NCBI RefSeq assembly: GCF_006345805.1
Contig: NC_043003.1
Span: 82,212,001 to 82,276,000, forward strand
Direction of reading: 5' to 3'
DNA: 64,000 bases
Source of the DNA: Octopus sinensis
Taxonomy: Eukaryota
Part shown: one piece after another, positions 40,442 to 52,472 of the stretch
How positions within the stretch are numbered: position 1 is the stretch's first letter
Layout: each line of letters opens with the position of its first letter
Position numbers and translations under genes: made by a program
Notes under the pieces: model-generated
What the model was told of the DNA's origin: nothing
Seen by the model: the letters and a program-made list of their open reading frames with translations, nothing else
Databases searched by the model: none

Positions 40442-41048
40442 GGCCGCGAGCTGGTAGAATCGGTAGCACGCCTGGTAAAGTTTTAAGCGGCATTTCGTTT
40501 GTCTTTACGTTCTGAGTTGAAAATCCAGCGCGGTTGACTTTGCTTTTCATCGATTTCGAAGTCTATGAAATAAATACATGTTGAATACTGGCAGGGTGTA
40601 ATCGACTTAGCTCTACCCCGTAGTGAGCTCGCAGAAACGTTAATACGCCGGGCTAAATGCTTAGTGGTATTTCGTCTGCAGCTACATTCTAGTTCAAATT
40701 CCACCGAGGTCGAATTTGCCTTTCATCCTCCCCGGGTCGATAAATTAAGTACCAGTTACGCACTGGGTCGATGTAATCGACTTAATCTGTTTGTCTGTCC
40801 TTGTTTGTTCCCTCTATGTTTAGCCCCTTGTGGGCAATAAATAAATAAGAATTGTTGGTACGCTGGGCTAAATGCTTAGCGGCATTTAATCTATCTATAC
40901 GTTCTGAGTTCAAATTCTGCCGAGGTCCATTTGGGCTTTCATACTTTTGAAGTCGATAAAATGAGGACCATTTGAATACTAGGGTCCATGTAATTGGCTT
41001 TCCTCCTCCCCCGAAATTGCTGGCCTTGTGTCGAAATCTGAAACCAGT
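40442..41048 (+). mobile_element. Three consecutive SINE family B copies (40442-40615, 40622-40850, 40852-41048)
   Basis: Each has the TTCTGAGTT(C/G)AAA...GACTTTGC/GCTTTCAT...GTCGAT core. Confidence 0.88.
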
Positions 41049-41094
41049 ATTTTATAACTTATTCAACTATCACATATACTTTTATGCCCTAGAA

Positions 41095-41180
41095 CAGTAG
41101 TTCCCAACTTTTCACAGTGATTCCGAACTCTTTTATTTAAATGAATTTTCCCCGAGAACCCTTTTTAATATGCTGATCCT

Positions 41181-41212
<32 letters not shown>

Positions 41213-41239
41213 ACGAGAGAGAGAGAGAGAGAGAGATAC

Positions 41240-41282
<43 letters not shown>

Positions 41283-41384
41283 TAGATAGATAGATAGACG
41301 AAATTTTGAATTTAGTTTACGGACACCCAATACTACCTTTGCAGACCACCAAGGGGTCAGTCGACACCAGGTTGATCACCACAG
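41095..41384 (-). mobile_element. hAT (Charlie-like) MITE with 8-bp TSD
   Basis: Ends CAGTAGTTCCCAAC...GGTTGATCACCACAG. Flanks CCCTAGAA (41087-41094) and CTCTAGAA (41385-41392) fit the NTCTAGAN target of Charlie-type hATs. Internal (TA)(GA)(GATA) microsatellite. Confidence 0.82.
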
Positions 41385-41497
41385 CTCTAGAACATCAGTA
41401 CGTATAAAACCCCACCATGACCCTTTTCTTTAACTATATCTGCTTTTAAATTTAAAATAATGACATCAATTATTCTCTAATCTAAAATCTTTCTGAA

Positions 41498-42066
41498 GTC
41501 AGCGAGCTGGCAGAAACGTTAGCACGTCGGGCGAAATGCGTAGCCATATTTCGTCTGCCGTTACGTTCTGAGCTCAAATTGCGCCGAGGTCGACTTTGCC
41601 TTTCATCCTTTCGGAGTCGATAAATTAAGTACCAGTTACGCACTGGGGTCGATATAATCGACTTAATCCGTTTGTCTGTCCTTGCTTGTTCCCTCTGTGT
41701 TTATCCCCTTGTGGGTAGTAAAGAAATAGAAATAGGTATTCTCTCTGCCGCTACATTCTGAGTTAAATTCCACTGAGGTCGACTTTGCCTTTCATCCTTT
41801 CGGGGGTCGATAAATTAAGTACCAGTTACGCATTGGTTTCGATGTAGTCAACTTAATCCGTTTGCCTGTCCTTGTTTGTCCTTTCTGTGTTTAGCCCCTG
41901 TGGGTAGTAAAGAAATAGGTATTCCGTCGTCCGTCTTTAATTATTAATTTTAAATTCCGTACAGGGTGACTTTGCCTTTCATTCTTTTGGGGTCGATAAA
42001 ATATGTAGCAGCTGAGCACTGGATAACGATGCAAATTACTGGTCTTGTGCTACAATTTGAAACCAA
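41498..42066 (+). mobile_element. SINE family B head-to-tail concatemer (one full unit plus two 5'-truncated units)
   Basis: Full unit 41498-41730. Further units restart after AATAGGTATT at ~41731 and ~41915. Confidence 0.88.
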
Positions 42067-45000
42067 TTTAAAATATCTATTTGATGGGTCAAGGCTTTGA
42101 TTCATCATCGAAGGTGCAACAATGATACTCTTATACTTCTACTTAAACAACACATATTTTTCTAAAGCAGAAGAAATACACCAAGTCCTAGAAAAATACA
42201 CAGAATCTAAATCATTTACTAATAATATCAAACTTCCTTGTAGCTAAATTGACTAATGTTGGAGAATAAATATTTTGGACTGCGTTTTAACAAAGCTGAT
42301 TTTACGTCTGGAATCGAACCTGAATTTTTCTAAATCATAAATTATAATGCTTTATTCTAAGTTTCTATTACAACATGCCGATGCTAATTAATTTGTGATT
42401 AGTCTAGGGTTTTAATACTAAAGATTAATGCGATCAATACTTCTGTCAGCGAATATATTGATTAGAAAGTAATATGTAGCAGTTGTTAAAAGAAAACTCA
42501 TTTATGTATTATTGATCTGATTTCTCAAACCATGACAAATAAAAAGAGTAGTGATTAAATGATGAATAAAAGACTTGTCAGAAATCTTTAAAGTCACAGT
42601 TAAAAACTGAGACGAATTTAAAGTCGTCATATCTTTGGGGAAATTAGACAAGACTTTATAATATAAAGTTGAATAAATAATTCAAAGGACTGTAAAATCA
42701 ATAAAATAGCGATTTATTTCAATGAAATTAGTTTTTCAAAGAGAAACACGTGTATATATTCACGGTAAGTTTTATAAATATAGATTTCTTACTATAGCAC
42801 TGACACCAGACCACTAGCTATTAATTCCCTGTAAAACTATTACTAATGTGCCTTATTACTTTTAGATCTTATTAACTTTTTTTAGATCTGTAATAATTTC
42901 TGGCGACACGAAGCAAGAAAAAATAATTTCTAAGATAGTAGGTGGGGTTATGTTGGACGAGTATGTCCATGCTGCAGATGTTTATCTTATCTAAAATTAG
43001 GAGTGAAATACGAGTTGATGTTTATAAAAAAACGGGTCTTGAAGAAACGGTATGCTGCAAAGTACTTAGTAGGATGCGAAACTGTTTCTGCCTTATCGTA
43101 AAATTTATTTTTCAATTTTCAAAAAGCAGAGTATTGTGTGTAATTATTTCTATAATTATATTCAGTTTAATTCTTATTTGTATGGTATTTTCTTTTTCTT
43201 TTATGTTTTATATATTCGTTTTAGTCATTCAGTAAATTGTTAATTTCTGCAATATATTCACTTTTTCCATAATTTGTTTTTAAATCATGCAGAAATGTTC
43301 AAATTTATTTCGAGGGGTATAATTTTTCTTTTAACCTCTCAGATATTCTTGGGCCTTGTATATCAGAGAAATTTCAATTCTACGTTTTTTTCTTTTGATC
43401 ATATTTCGGTTACATGTGAAAGTTAGCAACAGAGCGCGTAACTTGATCGGATCTGCGATCAAGATGTAAGATGCTGACAAATTTATTTTCATATGTGGGT
43501 AGAGCAAATAATCTGTTCTAGATTGTGCTTAATTTAATGTTGTTAAGTATAATTTTTTTGTGAAGGAATTGCTTGTATATTAATAAGAGCTGAGGATGTA
43601 TTTTTAAATAAATGCTTTTTTACTTATTGATTTATCGGTATCTTTTCAGTAACCATAGAATTTCCGCTTAGTTGCTTTCCGTACACTGAGCTAACGAGTG
43701 TGTTTGTCGTTCGGCTGAGTGGAATTACGTTGCAGATTTTTTGTCTGTGATAACTATAATTTTATCTATAGATGGCATTTGGTTTTGATATTATGAATTG
43801 AAAATACCACTGTATCCTAGTTTTATATTTAATGTGACTTTTTAAAATACAATATGTACGATTATATTTGGAGCAGTAGATCTGTTCACAAATCTTACTG
43901 CTCCAAATATTTAGACTGTCATAGTTTTCAACTTCTGGCTGAATATGTGGCTATAAAGCAGCTATAACTTTACTGTTTGATTTATATACCCTTGTTTTTT
44001 ACTTCCTACGCGCCAGTAATACATACATTTTGTTTCTTTACAATATCTACTCGAAGATGATGTCAGTTCCATTCTACTAATACATCGAAGAGCTGAAAAG
44101 GGCGAAGTACCGGAAAATTATTCTTATAAAGTTATACTCATACATCCCCTTACTCTTAATTTATTGTAGCAATAATATGCAGGGAAACAAATTACTGAAA
44201 TAAAACTATTTACACACATACGCACGCACGCACGCATACACGCGCGCATATACGCTCACACGTACGCAAAATACACACACAATCGCACAAACACACACCT
44301 ATGAAAGGGACATTTGTTCATTTGCTCCTCTCTCTTCCCCCGAGCAGTTTGTCTGTAATACGAGAGGCATGGAGAAGTCAAAATGCCGATGGAACTGGTG
44401 GATATGAGTTACATTGCGTCATTTTCTTTGAAATAGATTATAATCGCACTAGTTGCTTCTTTCAATTAATTTTCATGGGCATTTAACAATTAAACGACAG
44501 AAACGTGCATAAAGCTCGTGTGGATATTGACGTGCAATATATATTTCTACACTCAACCCGTTTACTCACAAGCATCACTCAGGCCTTTCTTCCCTCAGGA
44601 AGCCATCTGTTGAACTTTTAGCGCCAACAGAAGAGGTTTATTACTACTTGGAGCTAATAATTGCATAAAGTTACTGAGATGACTATTATTGTATGATGAC
44701 CATGAGACTTTTGGACTGTGAGAGAAGTGTCATTCAGCTGCTGCAGCTTCGTCTGAGAATTTCTTTCGAGCATTCATTGTGTTTACCCTAGTGGGGAATA
44801 CCCTACAAAGGTGCTACAAACATGGGTTGCTTTTAGCTTCCTTCACTGAATTTCCACCACCAGTTGGGTAACTTTTCTTTCGTCTTTTGTTTTCATGCTA
44901 AAGAAACGATAAATAATGCAATTTGGATTACATATAATTCTGAATCTTATTGAGAGGCCAAATAGCTTTCAGCCCGAACGGTAGAGGGCCATTCTTCCCT

Positions 45001-46319
45001 AAGGAATCAGCGAATTTCAATATTGATATTCTCGTCCATAATGAGATTAGACTAGTTGACTATTAGATGAGGACGTCAGATAGTAGAGAATACTTAAACG
45101 ATCAGAAGAACAACAATGATATGCAATATTAGTGATCATGTAGCAGATATATTTAAGAAAAAAATTGTTGTCATACTGGCTCATGGTTATTCATATAACC
45201 CTCACAATAGCTAACCTCTTATATAACACGTTACATCTTAAAACAGGAAAGCCCCATTCCCCCTCAGTTACAAGCAATATTGTTTCTCTCATTTTATTCC
45301 GTTTAAGAAGTCGACACGATGAGAACCACTTCACGTGAAAGAATACACTGAATCGCTTTCTGCCACTACTTGAGACGTCCTCAAAACAGTATGGCAGGAT
45401 TTATGCCTAAATGTACAAAACAACAAGGTACTGTTTAATTATATAAGAAACTAGCTGCCCAGAGTTTTAAGAAGAAAAAAAAACAAGCAAATTGAAGTTA
45501 TATTGAGTTACGAGGAATTAGTCGATGAAGGTTTGTTATGTTGTATAATAAATCAACAAAAATCTGTTGACCTTTCAAACATTCTTCCAGCAGCTAATCA
45601 TATGGAACAGATGTGACACTAATCAATACTTATAATAATCAATTATTTAGTATAATTCTGAATTGATACTTTATATATACATATCACTCTCAGAAGTGGA
45701 CATTACCTCCGAAGAATTATATATACATCAAGAATCTAGCAAACTGTCTAAAGGGAAGTTGTCCACAAAGAAGCTCTAAATATTGTTTTGGTATCGTTAC
45801 ATGTTTTGAGCAATTAACACCGATGTTGATAATAAGTAATATCAGCTTGCAACTGGTTTAACTCTTTCATGCAGAACATTTATCGACATGCGTGACATGT
45901 TTTCTGAATATTTAAGTTATGCAGGGATACATCATTTGTTGTTCAATCAAAATATGAAATTGAGGTTATTTTAGAGCAACGAGATTTTTACTGATAGAGA
46001 GACAGATTCAGCACTGATAACAGAGTCAATTTTATTACAAGATTCGTGTTGGCTGAGATTTACACCACGTCTGACAGCTTATCCAACCGGGAAACAGAAG
46101 GAATGTTTCACTAAAAGGCGGCACTCTATATGTGTTAATTTCCATATGTTGTCAAAATTTCTTGGAAAGAAATGCTTATTTTTATCTGTTGTATAAAACA
46201 GTGTAAAGGTCGAAAAGCAAATTTAGTACTAAATGTCAGAAACAAATTTAAATGTAAGAGAAGGGAGTCTGGTAGGTAATGAAGCATTACAAGATGAGTG
46301 AGAAAATGGAAAATATATA

Positions 46320-47216
46320 CTGGGTACCCCAAAAGAAAGTGATGGGTTTCAATTTTTAATAACTTCCGTAACTTTACAAATAAATGCATACAATTTTGAT
46401 ACAACATAAAAGACAGAATAGAAATTCATATGCACAAGTCAAATTTTGCAACACCACTACATCACATATGAAAAAGGACATCGATTAAATGGGAGTTCTT
46501 TTCGGTTTCGCGCGCCTATGCTCTTTCCAAAACTTGCACCATAATACCCTCAAGAGTTTCAAACTCCACTTGTTTGATTTCTTTATTGATGTTCTCCTTC
46601 AGTTGCACAAGGGTTTCCGGTTTCTTTACGTAAACCCTCTCTTTCAGGTAACCCCACAAGAAAAAATATCCGAGCTTGTCAAATCTGGGGAACGTAAAGG
46701 CCATTCAAAGTAGACCTCACACATGGTTCTAGCAAGATGGGGCAACTGCTCATACGGCAAGAGAAACAATTCAGTGCTACGACAGTGCTTTGGAGAGAGA
46801 ATAATTTCCCGCTACGGCAATGTCAACTGGCCTTCACGTTCCCCAAACTTGACTGTCCCAGATCTTTTCTTGTATGGATACTGGAAAGAGAGGGTGTACA
46901 TCAACAAATCAGAGACCCTGGTGCAACTGAAGGAGAACATTAATACAGAAATCAGAAAAGTGGGGTCTGAAACTCTTGAGGATGTTATGGTGCAAGTTTT
47001 GGAAAGAGCACGGGCGTGCGGAGCCGAAAATAACTGCCATTTAAGCGATGTCCTTTTTCATATGTGATGTAGTGGTGTTGCAAAATTAGACTTATGCATA
47101 TTAATTTCCATTATATATTTTATATTGTATCAAACTTTCATGCATTTATCTGTAAAGTTACGAAAGTTATTATAAATTGAAACCCATCAGATTTTTGGGG
47201 GGGTGGGGACACCCTG
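46320..47216. mobile_element. Fold-back derivative of a DD41D (rosa/Visitor-type) Tc1/mariner transposon
   Basis: About 385-bp inverted arms (46320-46703, 46828-47216), each containing the transposase 3' end (WPSRSPNLTVPDLFLYGYWKERVY) and TIR CAGGGTGTCCCC. The spacer holds QDGATAHTAR. After correcting one frameshift, the D-D spacing fits about 41 residues. Confidence 0.88.
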
Positions 47217-48379
47217 CATATAAAAAATATATAAGGAAATATATCTATAAAAACTCTATAACAGAATAATCAAAGTAATAAAGCGCAACAGTTGATAACA
47301 TCATAACAAATAAAGGTTTGAATGAATGAATTATAGATAAGTGAATGTAGGTTAAATGAATTGTAATCGGTTAATTGTTAAAAATGAATTGGCAAGATAC
47401 TCGCGCGGCTAGTTATGTGTACTTGAAGATTAACAAGAATTTTATTCCGAAAAAGAGTTACAGTGAAACTAAGTAATGTAAAGAAATATAACTGTTTGTG
47501 TGGATGTGTGATGATTAAAAACTGTTCGCATTAAAATTAATTAGTTTCCGATAAGTTTTAAGATAAGTGTTAATTTATCATATATTTCCGAAGTAGGTTT
47601 AAGAAAAAACATTATGTAACAGTATAAAAGTCACGTGTCTGTATGCATTTATATGCGTGTGTGTCGAGGGTGAAAGATTGTAAATAATTTTGCTAAACTA
47701 TTAAAGCTACTAAGTAAAGTAGATATGCAAATAAAATGTAAAACGGTAAAATTCAACGAAGTTGAGAATTTTTATACTATACAGTACTATAGAATATTCA
47801 TAGCTGATACGAATGATAAATCAAAAACACACCAAATAAAAATATGGAGTTTAGCGTATACCTACATTAAATCTTAATTACGGAAAGCAAAATTATTTTC
47901 ATTAAGTGATGTCACTTGGAAAATTTTCTTTTTATGTTAAGCTATACCAACACAGCAAAAAACTTGCTTAACTAAAATATACGAAATTTTATTTTCTGAA
48001 GTAAGTCACACACACACACACGTCTGTGTGGTATTTGAGTATTATTTGAGAATTGTTCAGCAGTTAAGCACTCACATAAGAGTTTTTGAGTTTATCTTCT
48101 TGTTTATCGGTCTATATTCTTATATGCGTCTCTCCTCCCTTCATCGTTCCCTTGTTTACAATTAGTCCTCTCTTCCGTTTCTCATTTGCTTCTCTTTCTC
48201 TCTGTATCTTCCTTCCTTTGTTTTATTTCCTTCTTCCTTCTTCCCTTCTCAACCTGCTTACAACACTTTACTGCCCAGAAAAGATATAAATATCTATTGA
48301 TATAATTACAGGACAAATAATATTATAGTAGATATATGTCACTTAGATAACTTAAATATTAGCCGTTATTGGCTCACAC

Positions 48380-49850
48380 CATGTCAAGCTTATTAGTACC
48401 ATCCAGGATAATCTTTTCAGTCATGTCTTCAAGCACCATAATCCTCTTAATGAGTTGTTTGCAGCTGATTTTGTATTTCTTGGAATAGTTTCTCCTGGTA
48501 GTTTTTGTTAACATTGTATGGACATTTGTTTTTCTTTTACTGAAAATTATTGAATAAGGCAAGAGCACGCGACGAATAAAAGTTGTATCATAGTATTATT
48601 ATGTGGTATGAACTCCAAATTTTGCAGAAGGCGTATGAATTTCTAATCCCACACAGGCATGGTTTGGACAGTATGAATAGAATATGTTCCACATTGTGCA
48701 AATTGCCTACCGCCAGCAGTGGTTTTGAAGAAAATATATGTTGAGCATTTTGAGGCGATTTCCATAGCCAAGGCCTGTCAGGACAGCTGTAGCTTACAAC
48801 AGAAACCGATGCTGGACAATCTCTTCGACAAAATTCTGTGTCCCACTGTGTCGAATGCTTGGCTGAAATCAAGATAAATAACGTTTTTACTGCATTCCTC
48901 CCCAAGAACATTTAGGATGCCATCAAATTCATGGAGGAGCTGAATTAGGTAGTTTCTGCCATCACGGAAAGCATGTTCGTTCGGATCAAGGAACTGATTT
49001 TTCTACTAGTATATTGTTAATTTTGATGTCAGCAACCTCATGAACTTTAATGATAAGAGAGGTTAGTATGTATTTGTGTTAATGGTTCATTAGGTGATGG
49101 GGGGATTAGCACATATGTGAATGAAAGTGTCTGTAAAAAGGTGGTAAATGAATTTTATTTTGGTATAACAGAGTGAAGGACCAACCTACATGTGTGACTG
49201 TACTTCAGTTCGCTTTATATATCTCTATGTTGTCAGCGTTTGCCAAGGGATTAGTGATTTGGATGTAATCGTAGAATATCGACAGTGGGTGTTTCGACTG
49301 TAATATAACTATTGTTGGCACGATTTTGGGGACTCATTGACTCCAGTAGTTGCTTCACCAGGAAATGAATCATTTATAAATTTGAAAAGCACCTCAATTG
49401 CTGCTTTGTTCAAGATTAAGATGGAATCTCTTGCTTTCAGAATATTCAAAGACCAATGCATAAAGGGAAAAATGAAGACACCCACCATTAATGTTACCAG
49501 ATTTTAATTGTTGGATGAAAAGTTGAACATCTTGAATATAATCTTAGAAGCAGAATAAAGGTGCATGAGAAGATCTGTACAACCCAATTGCTGACAAGTC
49601 GTTGGCTTTGTTGAACATGGACACTGACTCACAGTAACCAAAAGAAATCATGTCTTTAAAATTGGTAATGTGGGAATCGTGGACAAAATTAGCAATACCT
49701 CTTTTCTTCAACCTGCGCCCTCCCCCCTCAACAGTGGAAAAATCTCTTTCGCCACAGCGACTAAGTGAAAGTTTTTACGACAGTTCTCAGCTAAGATGAA
49801 GAAGAATATTGGGCTTAGCTGACCGGCAACCCAGCTCTCCATATATAAGA
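48380..49850 (-). mobile_element. Decayed CR1/L2-type LINE RT
   Basis: Minus strand: NEHAFRDGRNYLIQLLHEFDGILNVLGEECSKNVIYLDFSQAFDTVGHRILSKRL (cf. QHGFRxGRSCxTxLL...VDVIYLDFSKAFDxVxHxxLxxKL). Boundaries approximate. Confidence 0.82.
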
Positions 49851-50462
49851 CTTCATATTCTTGTGCATTTTATAGATGGGTTGATCCACTGAACATTTAG
49901 CAATTTTGTGGATGCTAAGGTAACTGTTTTACTCTGTCGTTTCAGGGACTTATATATCAATGATGCACTTATATATTAATGATGTACAGAAATACATGAC
50001 AGGTATTCATAATACTGAAATACGCATAATGTAAACACATGCAGACAAATATATTAATATAGCAACTTAAAACAAAACTAATAAAACTTTACAATCAATG
50101 AAGAGACAAAAGAAACAGTAAGATGATACATGTTGATTTTATTAAGTATTTTTGTTTATTTAGAAAACTACAAATAAGAGGTCATTTCATAGACGCTAAA
50201 CTATAAATTTCACAGGGTACAACTTTAAAGTAGACACCGCTCCGCTAAACGCAGAAAATTTGTATCGCGCTATTGGCTAAAAATATATATCTTTTTTTTT
50301 TCGATTTTTAAACCTCTATAACATTTTTCTCCAAATTTTTTGCTCCAATACATCATACCTTCAAAGCAATGAGACTGGAAGGTTACATTATTATAGCTGA
50401 TTTTCAGATTGCTTGCTGTCTTTTAAAAACTGCATATTTTGCGAATGAAAAAACTAGATATA

Positions 50463-50624
50463 GGCGCAGGAGTGACTGTGTGGTAAGTAGCTTGCTTGTC
50501 AACCACATGGCTACGGGTTCAGTCCCGCTGCGTGACACCTTGGGCAAGTGTCTTCTGCTATAGCTTCAGGCCGACCAAAGACTTGTGAGTGGATTTGGTA
50601 GACGGAAACTGAAAGAAGCCCGTC

Positions 50625-50666
<42 letters not shown>

Positions 50667-50872
50667 TATGTATGCATGTGTGTATTTGTGTGTCTGTGTT
50701 TGTCCCCCCAATATCGCTTGACAACCGATGCTTGTGTGTTTACGTCCCCATAACTTAGCGGTTCGGCAAAAGAGACCGATAGAATAAGCACTAGGCTTAC
50801 AAAGAATAAGTCCCTAAAGGTGGTGCTCCAGCATGGCCGCAGTCAAATGACTGAAACAAGTAAAAGAGAGAG
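50463..50872 (+). mobile_element. SINE family A, full length
   Basis: GGCGCAGGAGTGACTGTGTGGTAAGTAGCTTGC...microsatellite...CAGTCAAATGACTGAAACAAGTAAAAG. Confidence 0.93.
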
Positions 50873-50968
50873 TATTCTTTCTACTCCTAACCAGCAAAGC
50901 GAATTTAGTAGAACTGAATTAATCATGGAAATGGTAAGTACTAGAATAATGTCTCTAGTACTTCTGAT

Positions 50969-51262
50969 GTGTGGAGGCACATGTCCTAGTGAACTCGCGG
51001 TTGAGGGATCGCAGGTTCGAATCACAGACCGGGCGATATGTGTGATTTTGAGCGAAGCACGTAAGCTCCACGAGGCTCCGGTAGAAGGTAATGGCGAACT
51101 TCTGCTGACTCTTTCGCCACAACTTTCTCTCACTCTTTCCTCCTGCATCTTGCAGCTCACCTGCGACGGACCGGCGTCCCGTCCAGGTGAGGAACCTATA
51201 CGCCAAGGAAACCGGGAAACCGGCCTTATGAGCCAGGCATGGCTTGAGAAGGAACAAATAAC
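50969..51262 (+). mobile_element. tRNA-derived SINE family D
   Basis: GTGGAGGCACATGTCCTAGTG...GCAGGTTCGAATC (B box), GC-rich body with GGCGTCCCGTCCAGG, tail GGCATGGCTTGAGAAGGAACAAATAAC. Confidence 0.8.
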
Positions 51263-51285
51263 ATGTGATGTGGGTGGAAAAGCAA

Positions 51286-52137
51286 TCACGTAGTAAGCAT
51301 GTTCACTTGTGTTGACAGTAGCGACAGATCTGGGGTTTCTACTTTATTCGTGAGTGGAGAGTATACAAATTGTGTATTTATGGATGTTCTTGAAATTATT
51401 GATTTTGGAAATGGTGTGGGACCAGATAGATTGCGTGTTGAAGGTAATATCATAGCTCTTGTTCTAGCTGGTTTTATTGAAACTGTGCTGTTGGTAGACG
51501 TGTTGTTTGTTTGACAAAGACTTATTCTTCCTTGTGGAGACAGTAGTAGTAGTGATAGTAGAAACAAAAGATTGTGATGGTGATGGTGGTGACGGCAACG
51601 AGGTTGGTATTGCTGACGTTGCTGGTGAGTAAATACGTCAGTTACCGGAGGAGTGGGGAGGCACAGTAAATGAAAGATGAAAAGAATGAGCTGTGCTAGC
51701 ATTGATGGAATGGGCAGCCACAAGTTCATGAAGGTTACAGTTAAGTAGTGGTTTTTTCTGTTGTTGTTCATTTTGTTATTATTACTACTGAACTGTACCA
51801 AACAAATGAATAATTGAATGCAGTTATTAGAAGTGCTTTTTAATAAGAATAAAGGCATTTGAAATCTATTCCGTTTGTTTTCAATTCGTCTTGCCGATCG
51901 CTTATTGAAATGTAGGACAATTTTGGCAACAATGCCATTGAAATATGATACATGGGTGTCTCCTAATACGGAGACATCTATCAAGGCATCGACCAGCCTA
52001 TTAGTCGCACTCTTTAACCAAGTACGATAGTAGAAAGCATTATTATTATCGTTAACATTATTAGGGCGGTGATCGGGGAAAATCGTTAAAACAACCGGCA
52101 AAATGCTTAGCAGCATTTCGTCTGTCTTTACGTTCAC
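51286..52137 (-). CDS. Probable N-terminal coding exon of a secreted/membrane protein (hydrophobic segments, poly-His, Ser/Thr-rich stalk)
   Basis: 852-bp open frame in AT-rich DNA. Contains MLAQLILFIFHLLCL, QQRQQYQPRCRHHHHHH and LLFLLSLLLLSPQGRISLC, then TNNTSTNSTVS...NLS with three N-glycosylation sequons. The first ~25 codons overlap a SINE, so the real start is more likely ATG 51858, 51771, 51729 or 51702. Possible donor CAA|GTGAAC at 51307. Confidence 0.6.
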   Translation of the reverse strand: MNVKTDEMLLSILPVVLTIFPDHRPNNVNDNNNAFYYRTWLKSATNRLVDALIDVSVLGDTHVSYFNGIVAKIVLHFNKRSARRIENKRNRFQMPLFLLKSTSNNCIQLFICLVQFSSNNNKMNNNRKNHYLTVTFMNLWLPIPSMLAQLILFIFHLLCLPTPPVTDVFTHQQRQQYQPRCRHHHHHHNLLFLLSLLLLSPQGRISLCQTNNTSTNSTVSIKPARTRAMILPSTRNLSGPTPFPKSIISRTSINTQFVYSPLTNKVETPDLSLLSTQVNMLTT

Positions 52138-52275
52138 AGTTCATATTCTACCGAGGTTGACTTTATTTTTCATCCTTTTCGGACCGATAAAATAAGTACC
52201 AATTGAGCACTGGTGTTAATCTAATCGACGTACTCCCAAAATTGCTAGTCTTAGGCCAAAATTTGAAATCATAAT
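52063..52275 (+). mobile_element. SINE family B
   Basis: AGGGCGGTGATCGGGGAAAATCGTTA...GAGGTTGACTTTATTTTCATCCTTTTCGGACCGATAAAATAAGTACC. Confidence 0.85.
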
Positions 52276-52277
52276 TA

Positions 52278-52472
52278 GGTGATCCTTCGGTTAAACTCGA
52301 CAACACACACACACACACACACACAACCCATTAGCTTTCTTCTCCTCCCATTTTAGTAGCTATCACAGAAGCTGCCACGGAGGTCACGAAGATATCCGAA
52401 GTGAATGTCGTGTTGTCACGGAAACAAGCGAGGTCTTGTTATTGTTTTGTCAAGTTAAACCGAAGGATCACC
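52278..52472. mobile_element. 195-bp MITE with 26-bp TIRs and perfect 8-bp TSD (Merlin-like)
   Basis: TIR GGTGATCCTTCGGTTAAACTCGACAA vs reverse complement GGTGATCCTTCGGTTTAACTTGACAA. CATAATTA at 52270-52277 and 52473-52480. GG-starting TIRs with an 8-bp TSD suggest Merlin/IS1016. Confidence 0.82.

Noticed and set aside
40442-42066. Regularly recurring ~200-bp units suggestive of a CRISPR-like or satellite array
   Set aside because: The units are SINE B copies with no repeat-spacer structure, and the context is eukaryotic.
50820-51293. 157-aa and 148-aa ORFs on opposite strands
   Set aside because: They coincide with the GC-rich SINE D and the SINE A tail. Open frames are expected by composition.
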